Source of the DNA: Thiotrichales bacterium
GTDB lineage: Bacteria > Pseudomonadota > Gammaproteobacteria > Francisellales > CACEW01
Reading direction: 5' to 3'
DNA: 64,000 bases
Assembly (NCBI GenBank): GCA_947476405.1
Contig: CANJQG010000004.1
Location: 12,085 to 76,084, forward strand
Part shown: positions 30,893-42,394 of the stretch, one piece after another
Layout of the letters: each line of letters opens with the position of its first letter
How positions within the stretch are numbered: position 1 is the first letter of the stretch
The notes under the pieces: generated by a model
Database searches by the model: none
Told to the model about the DNA's origin: nothing
Seen by the model: the letters and a program-made list of their open reading frames with translations, nothing else
Program-made: the position numbers and the translations under genes

Positions 30893-31897
30893 ATGACACA
30901 AAAAATACTGATTATTGCCCCAGCCTGGTTAGGCGATATGGTCATGGCCCATAGCCTGATCCAGGTGATTCAGCAACACAATCCTGAGGCAAGTCTGGCT
31001 ATTTTAGCGCCCAGCTCAACCCTTCAAATCACAGAATTGATGCCTGAAATCAGCATACGCTTTTTGATTCCAGATCAACATGGGCAGTTTAATCTCAAAG
31101 CACGCTTTAAATTAGCCCGTCAATTGCGGGCCCAGAAATTTACTGCGGCCTATGTCTTACCCAATACCTGGAAATCTGCACTGATTCCCTTTCTAGCGGG
31201 GATTCCAAAGCGAATTGGTGCCCTGGGCGAACAGCGCTATTTTTTACTGAATGATCTCAGAAAGGGCGTGAAAAAACTGCCATTAATGGTACAACGCTAT
31301 GTCACACTTGCCCATGCCCCGAATGCGTTTACAGAAGCGATGCCTTTTCCTTATCCACATCTCACGGTACCTGAAACTTTACGCGACCGAATCAAGCAAA
31401 AATTCAATCTGAATTTAGAAAAACCCGTCCTCACTTTATCTCCTGGAGCCGCATTTGGCCCTGCAAAACGCTGGCCCGTCCATTATTTTGCAGAAGTGGC
31501 CCGTGCAAAGAGTGATGCAGGGTTTCAAGTCTGGATTATCGGTGGGCCAGCAGAAGTCACGCTCGGTGCAGAAATAGCGACTCTGGAGCCACGCGTGCAT
31601 AATTTTACAATGAAAACCTCACTGCTCGAAATGGCGGCCTTACTTTCGTTTTCAAATCAAGTCTTAACCAATGATTCGGGCCCGATGCATATTGCGGCAA
31701 GCCTCAATGTACCGGTATTTGCGATCTTTGGTTCATCGAGCCCTGGATTTACCCCCCCATTAGGTGATAAAGTAATGATTATTGAAAAGCTTGGCTTAGA
31801 TTGTCGCCCCTGTTTTGAGCGTGTCTGTCCTTTTGGACATTATGCTTGCCTCAAGGAAATCACGCCGGAGCAGGTTTTAATGAGGATGACTCCATGA
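30893..31897 (+). CDS. waaF: ADP-heptose--LPS heptosyltransferase II (GT9)
   Basis: ILIIAPAWLGDMVMA, GAAFGPAKRWP and NDSGPMHIAASL are typical WaaF motifs. Starts 13 nt after nuoN. Confidence 0.8.
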   Translation: MTQKILIIAPAWLGDMVMAHSLIQVIQQHNPEASLAILAPSSTLQITELMPEISIRFLIPDQHGQFNLKARFKLARQLRAQKFTAAYVLPNTWKSALIPFLAGIPKRIGALGEQRYFLLNDLRKGVKKLPLMVQRYVTLAHAPNAFTEAMPFPYPHLTVPETLRDRIKQKFNLNLEKPVLTLSPGAAFGPAKRWPVHYFAEVARAKSDAGFQVWIIGGPAEVTLGAEIATLEPRVHNFTMKTSLLEMAALLSFSNQVLTNDSGPMHIAASLNVPVFAIFGSSSPGFTPPLGDKVMIIEKLGLDCRPCFERVCPFGHYACLKEITPEQVLMRMTP

Positions 31898-32943
31898 AAG
31901 TATTAAAAAAAATGAAACAGCAAAACAACGACGCCACCCATTTTAAAATATTGCTCATTAAACTTTCTTCCCTCGGGGATATCATTCATGTCTTTCCCGC
32001 TTTGACTGAATTGCTAAAGCACCACCCCGAGGCTGAAGTCACCTGGGTCGTAGATCAACCTTTCGCGGAAGTCCCCCTCTGGCATCCGGCCGTTAAAAAA
32101 GTCATTGTGGCCCCATTGCGTGACTTGAAAAAACAAGGCTGGGGTTTAAAAGCATTCTCTACTCTCAAAAATTTAATCACAGCCATTCGCGCCGAACAAT
32201 ATGATTTTGTGATCGATGCGCAGGGCTTATTTAAAAGTGCAATGTTGGCCCGCCTTGCAAAAGGATATCGCGTTGGTTTTGGTCGCGGCTGTCTGCGTGA
32301 AAACGTCTGGTGGCTTTATCAACATTGGGTCTTTATCCCCTTTAAGGAACATGCTATTAAGCGCGTAAAAGCCTTATTTTCTGAAGTAGGAAAGTATGTT
32401 TCCATGCCTGAAATCCAATATGGTTTAGAAAAATGGACGCCTGTTAAGAACAAAGTGATTCTTTTTGCACATGGCACCACCTGGGCCAGCAAGCATTATC
32501 CTGATCCCTTGTGGAAGAAGCTGGCTGAATGCGTCACCGCAGCCGGTTATGAAGTCTGGCTCGCTCATACGAATGCGCATGAACTCAAACGAGCTGAATG
32601 GCTGAAAGTGAATGATCAGGTCAAAGTCCTTCCCAAAATGTCTCTCAATCAAATCAAAGCCGCCTTGCTGAAGGTCTCGGGCGTGATTGCAGTGGACACA
32701 GGCCTCGCGCATATTTCAGCGGCTTTATCCATCCCCTGTGTCACGCTTTATGGCCCAACGGATCCAAGTAAAATCGGCACGATGGGTGAACATCAAAAAC
32801 AACTCCAAGCCGTTTTTGAATGCGCTCCCTGTGGGAATCGCCAATGCACCCATGCAGATGCACTGAAGACCATCAGACCCCCTTGTTTCAAAACCCTTCC
32901 CCCTAGCGAAGTCTGGAAGGCCCTACAGGAATTATTATCCTAA
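31894..32943 (+). CDS. waaC: ADP-heptose--LPS heptosyltransferase I (GT9)
   Basis: KILLIKLSSLGDIIHVFPALTEL, HGTTWASKHYP, VDTGLAHISAAL. The ATGA start overlaps the waaF stop. The track ORF start at 31846 is an upstream extension. Confidence 0.75.
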   Translation: MKVLKKMKQQNNDATHFKILLIKLSSLGDIIHVFPALTELLKHHPEAEVTWVVDQPFAEVPLWHPAVKKVIVAPLRDLKKQGWGLKAFSTLKNLITAIRAEQYDFVIDAQGLFKSAMLARLAKGYRVGFGRGCLRENVWWLYQHWVFIPFKEHAIKRVKALFSEVGKYVSMPEIQYGLEKWTPVKNKVILFAHGTTWASKHYPDPLWKKLAECVTAAGYEVWLAHTNAHELKRAEWLKVNDQVKVLPKMSLNQIKAALLKVSGVIAVDTGLAHISAALSIPCVTLYGPTDPSKIGTMGEHQKQLQAVFECAPCGNRQCTHADALKTIRPPCFKTLPPSEVWKALQELLS

Positions 32944-32991
32944 AAAATACAGTCGATCTATTAAGGATATTCAGCGCCTTGGCATTCTATT

Positions 32992-33378
32992 TTACCCTGA
33001 AAGCGTAAACAAACTTTTAGCTTGAGTAGACTGAACCATCGGTGCTGCAGGACAATTTCCTGCATTAATAATTTTGATGGCACTATTTGTCACAACGCTT
33101 TTCCCCCCAATCAGGAATTTTTTGGAAGTGCCGCTTACCGCTTTACCGATACTGTTGGTTGTACCGCTTATCGCACCTGGATCGTTGGGAATGGATAAAG
33201 TCAGTGGGTGAATCATATTAGTGGTTTCGATGGGCGACCCCTCAAAGGTCATGAGCGTATTCCCACCCATGAGGTCTTCCTGCGGGGCGATTGCTACCCC
33301 AGGAACGACTGCTCCCTGAACCATTAAAGGCTGAACGGAAGCAAATTGACCCGAGTTTCGAGTATTGATAAGTGACAT
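32992..33378 (-). CDS. Hypothetical small Gly/Ser/Thr/Asn-rich protein (128 aa); any PAAR-like/DUF4150 relationship is unverified
   Basis: Isolated ORF with its own intergenic regions. The segment PLTLSIPNDPG...GTSKKFLIGGKSVVTNSA...NCPAAP loosely recalls DUF4150/PAAR-like spike proteins. No secretion-system genes nearby. Confidence 0.45.
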   Translation of the reverse strand: MSLINTRNSGQFASVQPLMVQGAVVPGVAIAPQEDLMGGNTLMTFEGSPIETTNMIHPLTLSIPNDPGAISGTTNSIGKAVSGTSKKFLIGGKSVVTNSAIKIINAGNCPAAPMVQSTQAKSLFTLSG

Positions 33379-33522
33379 AATATTGGCCCACCCAAATAGA
33401 TCTTTTGTTATTCTGTTGATATATTATTCTTTAATTTAAAGGTCGTCAAGGACAATTTAGGCTTTCGGGAATGACAGGATGAATCTACGAAGATAGAATC
33501 CCCTGCAGTCTTGCTATTTTAA

Positions 33523-34793
<1,271 letters not shown>

Positions 34794-34866
34794 AATACTT
34801 CCTTTTTTTTAAACTACAGGATGCATTATATATGATCCATCCTACTTTTAAATAAAAATATAATCC

Positions 34867-35802
34867 TTAAGAATTCTTTATTGCGTATTTTATTGAATCT
34901 AAGACGTGACCTCCTCTGCTTAAGATTGATTCCATGCTTAGGTTTTCGACATCAGGCCAGGCTCGCAGCCAAGTCAATTGGCGCTTTGCATATTGACGGG
35001 TAGCGAAAAGAATGTGATCAGGTAGCATTTTTTCAGAAATCTTATTTTCTAGAAAATTCCAGACTTGCCGATAGCCAACAGCACGCATGGATGGGAGATG
35101 GTCATACAGGATGTACTTTTTTTTCAGCAAGATCACCTCATCAATCAACCCCGCTTCAAGCATTTGATTGATCCGCACTTGAATACGTTGATGCAAAACG
35201 CTGCGATCCTCTGGAATCAAAGCAAAAGGAAGAAAGGTAAGCGCTGAGGGGCGATGATTTTGTGTTTGTAAAAAGCTTAATGGCTGACCCGTTAAATAAA
35301 AAACTTCCAGGCCGCGTCCAATTCTTTGCGTATCATTTACACTGATTTTAGAAGCGAAGACTGGATCGATTTGGAGGAGTTCCGCATACAACGCAGCCCA
35401 GCCTTGCTGCTCAGCCTTCTTGTAAATTTCTGCGCGAATCTCTGCATTGTCGGTGGGCAATTGCGCAAGGCCCTGCTGCAAGGCTTTAAAATAAAGCATG
35501 GTGCCGCCCACTAAAAGGGGAATTTTATTTTTTTGCCTAATTTGATGAATCAGCGCCGTCGCATCAGTGACAAATTGGCCGACAGAATAATGTTCCGTTG
35601 GATTGAGAATATCAATCAAGTGATGTGGGACCGTAGATAATTCGTGCATTGTCGGTTTTGCCGTACCGATATTCATATCCTGATAAATCAGAGCTGAATC
35701 TACACTGATGATTTCAATAGGAAATTCACGCGCCAAATCTAATGCCAGCGCAGTTTTACCACTTGCTGTTGGCCCCATGAGAAATAAAATCGATTTTTTC
35801 AT
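34867..35802 (-). CDS. miaA: tRNA dimethylallyltransferase
   Basis: P-loop LMGPTASGKTALAL, VDSALIYQDMNIGTAKP, LVGGTMLYFKAL, RQYAKRQLTW. Confidence 0.93.
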   Translation of the reverse strand: MKKSILFLMGPTASGKTALALDLAREFPIEIISVDSALIYQDMNIGTAKPTMHELSTVPHHLIDILNPTEHYSVGQFVTDATALIHQIRQKNKIPLLVGGTMLYFKALQQGLAQLPTDNAEIRAEIYKKAEQQGWAALYAELLQIDPVFASKISVNDTQRIGRGLEVFYLTGQPLSFLQTQNHRPSALTFLPFALIPEDRSVLHQRIQVRINQMLEAGLIDEVILLKKKYILYDHLPSMRAVGYRQVWNFLENKISEKMLPDHILFATRQYAKRQLTWLRAWPDVENLSMESILSRGGHVLDSIKYAIKNS

Positions 35803-35903
35803 TTGATGAGCATATGCAAATTTTAGCCTCAGCGCAATGCTTGATTATTTTTAAGCGAAGATTTACCATAGCTTTACTGCTTTAAAATAATGGAGAAGAA
35901 TAG

Positions 35904-36284
35904 ATGCGTAAAACTGAATGTGGTGTGGGCAAAAAATGTGGCGGTAAAAATAGCTATGCGGCCTATTTTCTTTATGCGGTGAGCCTGGTCGGTTTTTTGG
36001 ACCTCTTTTCCTCGGGAAGCATTACAGGGCATTATACGCCTTTGATCGGTGTGGATATTGCAGTTTATATCGTGATGATTTTACTGGCGATACGCATTCA
36101 TCAAGGTCACTGCTTTGCAAAATGGGCTTATGGGATTTTGGCCGTAGTTTGGTACTGCGCCCTGCTCTTTTATCTCCCTAAATTTCATCATACCTTAGAT
36201 TGGTATACTTTATTTATGCAGTGGGTATTGAGCATTTTGGCGCTGTGGGCGTTGCTGCGTCCGAAAAAATCTCAGGATCTTTAA
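35904..36284 (+). CDS. Hypothetical small membrane protein (3-4 TM)
   Basis: 126-aa ORF with hydrophobic segments. Its 3' end overlaps the convergent MFS gene by 71 nt. Confidence 0.4.
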   Translation: MRKTECGVGKKCGGKNSYAAYFLYAVSLVGFLDLFSSGSITGHYTPLIGVDIAVYIVMILLAIRIHQGHCFAKWAYGILAVVWYCALLFYLPKFHHTLDWYTLFMQWVLSILALWALLRPKKSQDL

Positions 36285-37602
36285 AAATCTGTTTATCAAT
36301 TTTAAGATAGGCTATTTTTTCTTGAGGGCAAACCATTGCATCAAAAATACCAGGGGTCGCCAGCAATTTAGCTTGTAAAGCTTTTGCAGCTGGCTCATCC
36401 AATTCACCAATCGTAATGATTTTTGAACTCAAGTGCCGTGGCTTTTTCATGAAAATCGAAACAGCCAACCAAAGCAAGCCGATTGCAGCACACAGAATAA
36501 AAATACTTCCAAACCCAAAATGACTAAAGACCAAGCCTGAAAGCCCTCCTCCAGCCAGAATTCCCAAAAACTGCGCGCTAGAATAGATCCCCATTGCGGT
36601 TCCTTTATTGCCCGCAGGGGCAATTTTGGCAATCAGTGAAGGCAAGCTGGATTCTAAAAAAGTAAACGCCGCAAAAAACAAGATGAGAATCAGACCCATG
36701 ATAATGATGTTTTGATGAAAAAATCCAAGGAGAATTTCAGAGAAGGTCAGCAAAGCAATGGCGCCAATAAAAATCGGTTTCATCAAGCGCTTTTTCTCCG
36801 CAATAATAATAAAGGGCAGCATCAACGCAAATGAAATCAGCAGAACGGGTAAATAAATCATCCATTGATGATTATTGGCAAGATCCAGGTGATCCACCAA
36901 AATAATCGGCACCGCAACGAAAAGCGCCGTTAAAATCGCATGGAGGCAAAAAATTCCGAAATCTAAACGCAGGAGTTCAGGCATCATCAGAATGGTTTTA
37001 AATTGCCCCAAGACAGCCTCGTTATCCCTCTGAATAAACAAATGATTGGGTGTGGGAATCAAAAATAAGACGACCAAAATCCCCACGATGGCTAAAATCG
37101 CAGTAAACCAAAAAATCCCAGACAAACCGATCCAACTATTTAAAACAGGGCCGATCATCAGGGCAATAATAAATGAAAAACCTATGGTCATGCCAAGGAC
37201 AGACATCGCTTTTAGTCGATGCTCCTCTGCAGTATGGTCCGCAAGAAGCGCAGTCAAGGTGCTCCCAATCGCTCCGGCCCCTTGAATTGCACGGCCTAAA
37301 ATCAGCATATTAATGCTGTGCGATTTTGCGGCCACAATACTGCCGATTACAAATAAAATTAGGCCAAAAATAATCACGGGCTTGCGGCCAATGCGGTCAG
37401 AACACAAACCAAATGGAATTTGTAAAATCCCCTGCGTTAAACCGTAAATCCCCAAAGCAAGTCCCATCATCACAGGCGTTGCATTTTTGAAATCATTGAT
37501 ATACAAGCTAAAAACAGGCAAGATCATAAACAGGCCTAACATGCGAAATGCATAGATACTGGCAATCGAAAAGGTGGCTTTTTTTTCAAGGAGGGTCATC
37601 AT
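36214..37602 (-). CDS. MFS transporter, YajR-like, with a C-terminal soluble (YAM-like) domain
   Basis: 12-TM MFS with motif A (GLCSDRIGRKPVI), plus a tail of about 70 aa (ITIGELDEPAAKALQAKLLATPGIFDAMVCPQEKIAYLKID) like the YajR extra domain. Confidence 0.75.
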   Translation of the reverse strand: MMTLLEKKATFSIASIYAFRMLGLFMILPVFSLYINDFKNATPVMMGLALGIYGLTQGILQIPFGLCSDRIGRKPVIIFGLILFVIGSIVAAKSHSINMLILGRAIQGAGAIGSTLTALLADHTAEEHRLKAMSVLGMTIGFSFIIALMIGPVLNSWIGLSGIFWFTAILAIVGILVVLFLIPTPNHLFIQRDNEAVLGQFKTILMMPELLRLDFGIFCLHAILTALFVAVPIILVDHLDLANNHQWMIYLPVLLISFALMLPFIIIAEKKRLMKPIFIGAIALLTFSEILLGFFHQNIIIMGLILILFFAAFTFLESSLPSLIAKIAPAGNKGTAMGIYSSAQFLGILAGGGLSGLVFSHFGFGSIFILCAAIGLLWLAVSIFMKKPRHLSSKIITIGELDEPAAKALQAKLLATPGIFDAMVCPQEKIAYLKIDKQIFKDPEIFSDAATPTAPKCSIPTA

Positions 37603-37690
37603 ATTTATGTAAACTGTTGCAAATAAAGATGGCTATGGTAGCATAGGCGTTAATTTTCTGACAGCTTGATTGCAAAGGGAGTCAAACAGC

Positions 37691-38569
37691 ATGCTTAAAT
37701 TACGGCGTTTTTTATCAACGATTCTATCATTAGGCATGCTTCTGCTTATAACAGGTTGCAGCAAAATGGAAGTGTTGAATCCCATGGGCCCCATTGCCGA
37801 AGATGAAAAACAATTGCTCATCGATGCACTCTGCCTCATGCTCATCATTATTATTCCGGTGATTATTTTAACGCTCTTAATTGCACGTCGTTATCGCGCC
37901 TCAAATACCAAAGCAAAATACTCACCTAACTGGAGTCACGGCACCTTGCTTGAAGCAGGCTGGTGGGTTTTGCCTATTATTATTATTGCGGTATTGGGAA
38001 CGATGACCTGGCGCACGACGCATTCTTTAGACCCCTACAAACCCATTAACAGCAAAGTTCCAGCCTTGAATATTCAAGTGGTTTCTTTGCAATGGCGTTG
38101 GTTATTCATCTATCCTGCGCAAAATATCGCAACGCTTGATTTTGTTGAGTTTCCCGTTGATACACCGATTAATTTCAGCGTAACCTCTGATGCACCAATG
38201 AACTCTTTCCAAATTCGTCAATTAGCAGGGCAAATTTACGCCATGAATGGCATGAAAACTGAACTGCATTTGATTGCTAGCCATACGGGTGATTATGCGG
38301 GACGCTCCGTAAACTTCAGTGGCCCCGGCTTTGCAGATATGACTTTTGTGGCACATGTGGTGTCAGAAAATGACTTTAATACCTGGGTTCAAACCGTTAA
38401 AAAAGGCAATTCTATTTTAACGCTGCCTGCGTACAAGCAATTAGCGCTTCCTTCACAAGATCACAGCGTGCAATTGTATTCTAATGTGGCACCCGATTTA
38501 TTTAATCATATTATTATGAGCTATATGGGCCCTGATATGCCCAATATGAAAATGACTTCTGGGTCTTAA
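37691..38569 (+). CDS. cyoA: Cytochrome o ubiquinol oxidase subunit II
   Basis: Lipoprotein signal LLLITGC, two TM segments, a cupredoxin-like C-terminal domain, first gene of the cyoABCDE order. Start at ATG 37691; the track ORF starts at 37670. Confidence 0.88.
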   Translation: MLKLRRFLSTILSLGMLLLITGCSKMEVLNPMGPIAEDEKQLLIDALCLMLIIIIPVIILTLLIARRYRASNTKAKYSPNWSHGTLLEAGWWVLPIIIIAVLGTMTWRTTHSLDPYKPINSKVPALNIQVVSLQWRWLFIYPAQNIATLDFVEFPVDTPINFSVTSDAPMNSFQIRQLAGQIYAMNGMKTELHLIASHTGDYAGRSVNFSGPGFADMTFVAHVVSENDFNTWVQTVKKGNSILTLPAYKQLALPSQDHSVQLYSNVAPDLFNHIIMSYMGPDMPNMKMTSGS

Positions 38570-38599
38570 TTTAATTCTGGCTAATGACAAGGAAATAAC

Positions 38600-40585
38600 A
38601 TGCTTGAACATCTCATTTTTGGCAAACTGACACTCGATGCCATCCCCTACAAAAACCCGATCGTTATGGGTGCGGGCGGTGGAATGATGGGCTTGGTTGC
38701 CCTTCTCGTGATGGGTTCTCTGTTCTATTTCAAACGCTGGACTTGGCTATGGAAAGAGTGGCTGACTTCTGTTGATCATAAAAAAATTGGGATTATGTAT
38801 ATTATCCTCGCCTTTTTAATGTTATTACGCGGGTTTGCAGATGCCATTATGATGCGAACACAGCAGGCCATCGCGGTGGGCAACTCGATGGGCTATTTAC
38901 CACCAGATCATTATGATCAAATCTTCACCGCGCATGGGGTGGTCATGATTTTCTTTGTGGCAATGTCTTTTGTATTTGGCCTGACAAATCTTGTCGTGCC
39001 TTTACAAATTGGTGCACGCGATGTGGCCTATCCTTATCTCAACTCTTTAAGCTTTTGGCTTTCAGCCATGGGTGCAATGTTATTAATGGTTTCTTTGCTT
39101 GTCGGTGATTTTGCAGCAACTGGCTGGTTAGCCTATCCGCCTCTTTCTGAATTACAATACAGTCCAGGTGTAGGCGTCGATTATTATCTTTGGGCCTTGA
39201 CGGTTTCGGGCTTTGGAACCTTAATTGGTGGAATCAATATTCTCGTGACCATTATCAAAATGCGTTGCCCAGGCATGAGCCTCATGAAAATGCCTCTTTT
39301 TACCTGGTCAGTCCTCTGCTCCATGATTTTGATTGTCATTGCATTCCCCATTCTCAATATCACTTTGGGCATGCTCTTTTTTGATCGTTTCTTTGGCATG
39401 CACTTTTTTACGTCAGGAATGGGCGGAAACCCGATGATGTATATCAATTTGATTTGGACTTGGGGACATCCAGAGGTCTATATTTTAGTCTTGCCCGCCT
39501 TTGGTATTTTCTCTGAAGTGATTTCAACTTTTTCTAAAAAAACTATTTTCGGTTATGCTGCGATGGTTTGGGCGACGTTTGTCATTACCTTTCTGTCCTT
39601 TACCGTCTGGGTGCATCACTTCTTTACCATGGGCGCTGGAGCAGACGTCAATGCGGTCTTCGGGATTGCGACGATGATTATTTCGGTACCGACTGGCGTC
39701 AAAATTTTCAACTGGATGGCGACGATGTATCGTGGCCGGATTACGTTTTCAACGCCCATGATGTGGGCCGTTGCCTTCTTAATTACCTTCTCCATTGGTG
39801 GAATGACGGGGGTATTGATGTCCGTTCCCGGAGTTGATTTCCAAATGCATAACAGCGTATTTTTGATTGCGCATTTCCATAATACGATTATTGGCGGCGT
39901 CCTCTTTGGCTTGTTTGCAGGCTATACGTATTGGTTTCCCAAAGCAACCGGTATTAAATTAAGTGAAAAACTGGGTAAATATATCTTCTGGTGTTGGTTC
40001 CTGGGCTTTCTTTTGGCCTTTATGCCTCTGTATGCATTGGGCTTGATGGGCATGACACGACGAATTAATCATTATTCAGTTGCATCAGGTTTTCATCCAT
40101 TTCTAGTCTGCGCATGCGTGGGTGCCTTTGTGATTATGGCAGGCATTGTGCTTCAACTCGTTCAATTGGGACATGCCATGAAAAATCATGCTAAAAATAA
40201 AGTCGGTGCTGATCCCTGGGATGGTCGAACTTTGGAATGGTCGATTCCCTCACCTCCGCCCTTCTATAATTTTGCGCATGAACCGCATGTTCGTCATCGC
40301 GATGACTTTTGGCATACCAAACAAGCGGGGACCCCGCCTTCAAATAAACCCTACGAAGATATTCACATGCCTAAAAATACTTCGCTGGGCTTTATTGTCG
40401 GAGTTTTAGCGGGTCTCTTTGCTTTTGCCATGGTCTGGGAAATGCCGATTCCAGGAACAGTGACCGGTATAGCACTGGTAATCTGTATTCTAGTCCGGAC
40501 GTTCAATTTTAAAACCGACTATTATGTTAAGGCTGCTGAAGTCGAAAAAATTGAAGCCACTTATTTAAAAGGAGCAAGCGCATGA
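38600..40585 (+). CDS. cyoB: Cytochrome o ubiquinol oxidase subunit I
   Basis: Haem-copper oxidase motifs [36 protein letters not shown]. 661 aa. Confidence 0.95.
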   Translation: MLEHLIFGKLTLDAIPYKNPIVMGAGGGMMGLVALLVMGSLFYFKRWTWLWKEWLTSVDHKKIGIMYIILAFLMLLRGFADAIMMRTQQAIAVGNSMGYLPPDHYDQIFTAHGVVMIFFVAMSFVFGLTNLVVPLQIGARDVAYPYLNSLSFWLSAMGAMLLMVSLLVGDFAATGWLAYPPLSELQYSPGVGVDYYLWALTVSGFGTLIGGINILVTIIKMRCPGMSLMKMPLFTWSVLCSMILIVIAFPILNITLGMLFFDRFFGMHFFTSGMGGNPMMYINLIWTWGHPEVYILVLPAFGIFSEVISTFSKKTIFGYAAMVWATFVITFLSFTVWVHHFFTMGAGADVNAVFGIATMIISVPTGVKIFNWMATMYRGRITFSTPMMWAVAFLITFSIGGMTGVLMSVPGVDFQMHNSVFLIAHFHNTIIGGVLFGLFAGYTYWFPKATGIKLSEKLGKYIFWCWFLGFLLAFMPLYALGLMGMTRRINHYSVASGFHPFLVCACVGAFVIMAGIVLQLVQLGHAMKNHAKNKVGADPWDGRTLEWSIPSPPPFYNFAHEPHVRHRDDFWHTKQAGTPPSNKPYEDIHMPKNTSLGFIVGVLAGLFAFAMVWEMPIPGTVTGIALVICILVRTFNFKTDYYVKAAEVEKIEATYLKGASA

Positions 40586-41187
40586 CGACTCATTCCGTCA
40601 CAGATCATTCCCATGGCCATCATCACGATGGCCCCGATGCCAAGGCCACGTTTGGATTTTGGATTTATATCATGACCGATTGCATGATGTTTGCCGCGCT
40701 GTTTGCGACATATATTGTCTTGCGAAATAATACGTATGGCGGCCCCGGCATTACGCTCATTTCGAATTTGCATGATGTCCTAGCCCGCAGTATTGTTTTA
40801 TTAGTGATGGTACTGACTTCAGGCTTAAGTATGGTCGCAATGCATCGACAATCCGTTTGTAAAACACAATTCTGGCTCATCATCAGCTTTTTAATCGGAC
40901 TACTGTTTTTAGGAATGCAATATCAAGAGTTTGATTGTGTATTCAAAATGGGATACACCTGGCAGAGCAATGCCTTTATGTCAGCTTACTTCACGACTGT
41001 TGGTCTTTTTTGTGTTCATATTGTGGTGGTATTATTATGGACAGTTATTTTGATGATTCAATTGGCGATGCAAAAATTTAGTTCAATGATGCAAACCCGA
41101 CTGATTTGTTTGAATATGTTTTTAAACTTTTTAAGCATTATCTGGATATTTGTATTCAGTATTGTTTATTTAATGGGAGCGATTTAA
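40582..41187 (+). CDS. cyoC: Cytochrome o ubiquinol oxidase subunit III
   Basis: 201-aa 5-TM protein ([21 protein letters not shown]), overlapping the cyoB stop. Confidence 0.9.
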   Translation: MTTHSVTDHSHGHHHDGPDAKATFGFWIYIMTDCMMFAALFATYIVLRNNTYGGPGITLISNLHDVLARSIVLLVMVLTSGLSMVAMHRQSVCKTQFWLIISFLIGLLFLGMQYQEFDCVFKMGYTWQSNAFMSAYFTTVGLFCVHIVVVLLWTVILMIQLAMQKFSSMMQTRLICLNMFLNFLSIIWIFVFSIVYLMGAI

Positions 41188-41188
41188 G

Positions 41189-41506
41189 ATGGCTAAAAAT
41201 AAAGGCAATGGCTTATTGGCCTCCTATTTAATTGGTTTCGTGATTTCCGTTGTATTGACGATCATCAGCTTTAATCTAGTCATGCATCATCACTTTTCAA
41301 GTATTGATCTTTACACTTCTATTGCGCTCTTGGCAGTACTCTTGTTATTTGTACAATCGATATTTTTTCTTCGTTTGAATGCAAAAGCCAGTTATGACAA
41401 ATGGAATTTAGTCGTGTTTTTCTTCACCATTTTCATTATTTGTTTGGTTGTTTCAGGCTCGCTCTGGATCATGTATAACCTCAATTACAATATGGTGAGT
41501 CATTAG
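41189..41506 (+). CDS. cyoD: Cytochrome o ubiquinol oxidase subunit IV
   Basis: 105-aa 3-TM protein (YLIGFVISVVLTIISF) in the conserved position. Confidence 0.85.
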   Translation: MAKNKGNGLLASYLIGFVISVVLTIISFNLVMHHHFSSIDLYTSIALLAVLLLFVQSIFFLRLNAKASYDKWNLVVFFFTIFIICLVVSGSLWIMYNLNYNMVSH

Positions 41507-42348
41507 TGAAGTTTTTTGAGGTCACTAAGCCTGGGATTATTTTTGGAAATGTCGTTACAGTTTCGGGCGGTTTTTTTTTAGGGTCTCATACGCATTTTAA
41601 TTTTTGGCTATTTCTGTCTACCTTACTGGCAATGTCACTTGTTGTCGCATGTGGTTGCGTACTCAATAATATAATTGATCGAGACATTGATCACCTGATG
41701 GATCGCACTAAAAATAGAGTCATCGTAAAAGGCTTGATCTCTCTACCAATTGCTTTTTTTTATGCCTTGATTTTGGGTGCGTTGGGGTTTGTGATTTTTT
41801 ATTTTGGCACTAATCTTTTAGCGCTGAGCGTTGCTGCGATTGGCCTGTTTTTTTATGTCATCGTGTATAGTCTATTCTGGAAGCGTCGCTCAACCTTAGG
41901 AACCACCATTGGTGGCATTGCTGGCGCAGTTCCCCCTGTTGTGGGTTATTGTGCGGCAACTCATCAATTTAACGCCGCTGCAGTCATTTTGTTTCTGATT
42001 TTATTTTTCTGGCAAATGCCCCACTTTTATGCAATTTCGATCTATCGCCTAAAAGATTTCGCCGCAGCAGGCATCCCTATATTACCGATTAAAAAAAGCA
42101 TTCCATACACCAAAGTCTGCATTCTTCTTTACATCATCGCCTTTACAATTGTTGCGGTGATGCCCACTCTTTTCGGCTATATCGGCTGGATTTATTTTAG
42201 CGTTGCACTCGCTCTAGGATTGATATGGCTTGCCTTAGGCATCAAAGGATTTCGCACCCAAGATAATCGACGCTGGGCGCGTAAAATGTTTTTATTTTCA
42301 ATCCTTAATATCACGCTGTTATCTTTAGTCATGATAGTCAAAATGTAA
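41506..42348 (+). CDS. cyoE: Protohaem IX farnesyltransferase (haem O synthase)
   Basis: UbiA-family motif NNIIDRDIDHLMDRTKNR; 9-TM protein; GTG start overlapping the cyoD stop. Confidence 0.9.
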   Translation: MKFFEVTKPGIIFGNVVTVSGGFFLGSHTHFNFWLFLSTLLAMSLVVACGCVLNNIIDRDIDHLMDRTKNRVIVKGLISLPIAFFYALILGALGFVIFYFGTNLLALSVAAIGLFFYVIVYSLFWKRRSTLGTTIGGIAGAVPPVVGYCAATHQFNAAAVILFLILFFWQMPHFYAISIYRLKDFAAAGIPILPIKKSIPYTKVCILLYIIAFTIVAVMPTLFGYIGWIYFSVALALGLIWLALGIKGFRTQDNRRWARKMFLFSILNITLLSLVMIVKM

Positions 42349-42394
42349 GCCCCCTAAAATCAGAAATAACAATGATATTTGAATAGCGCCACAT

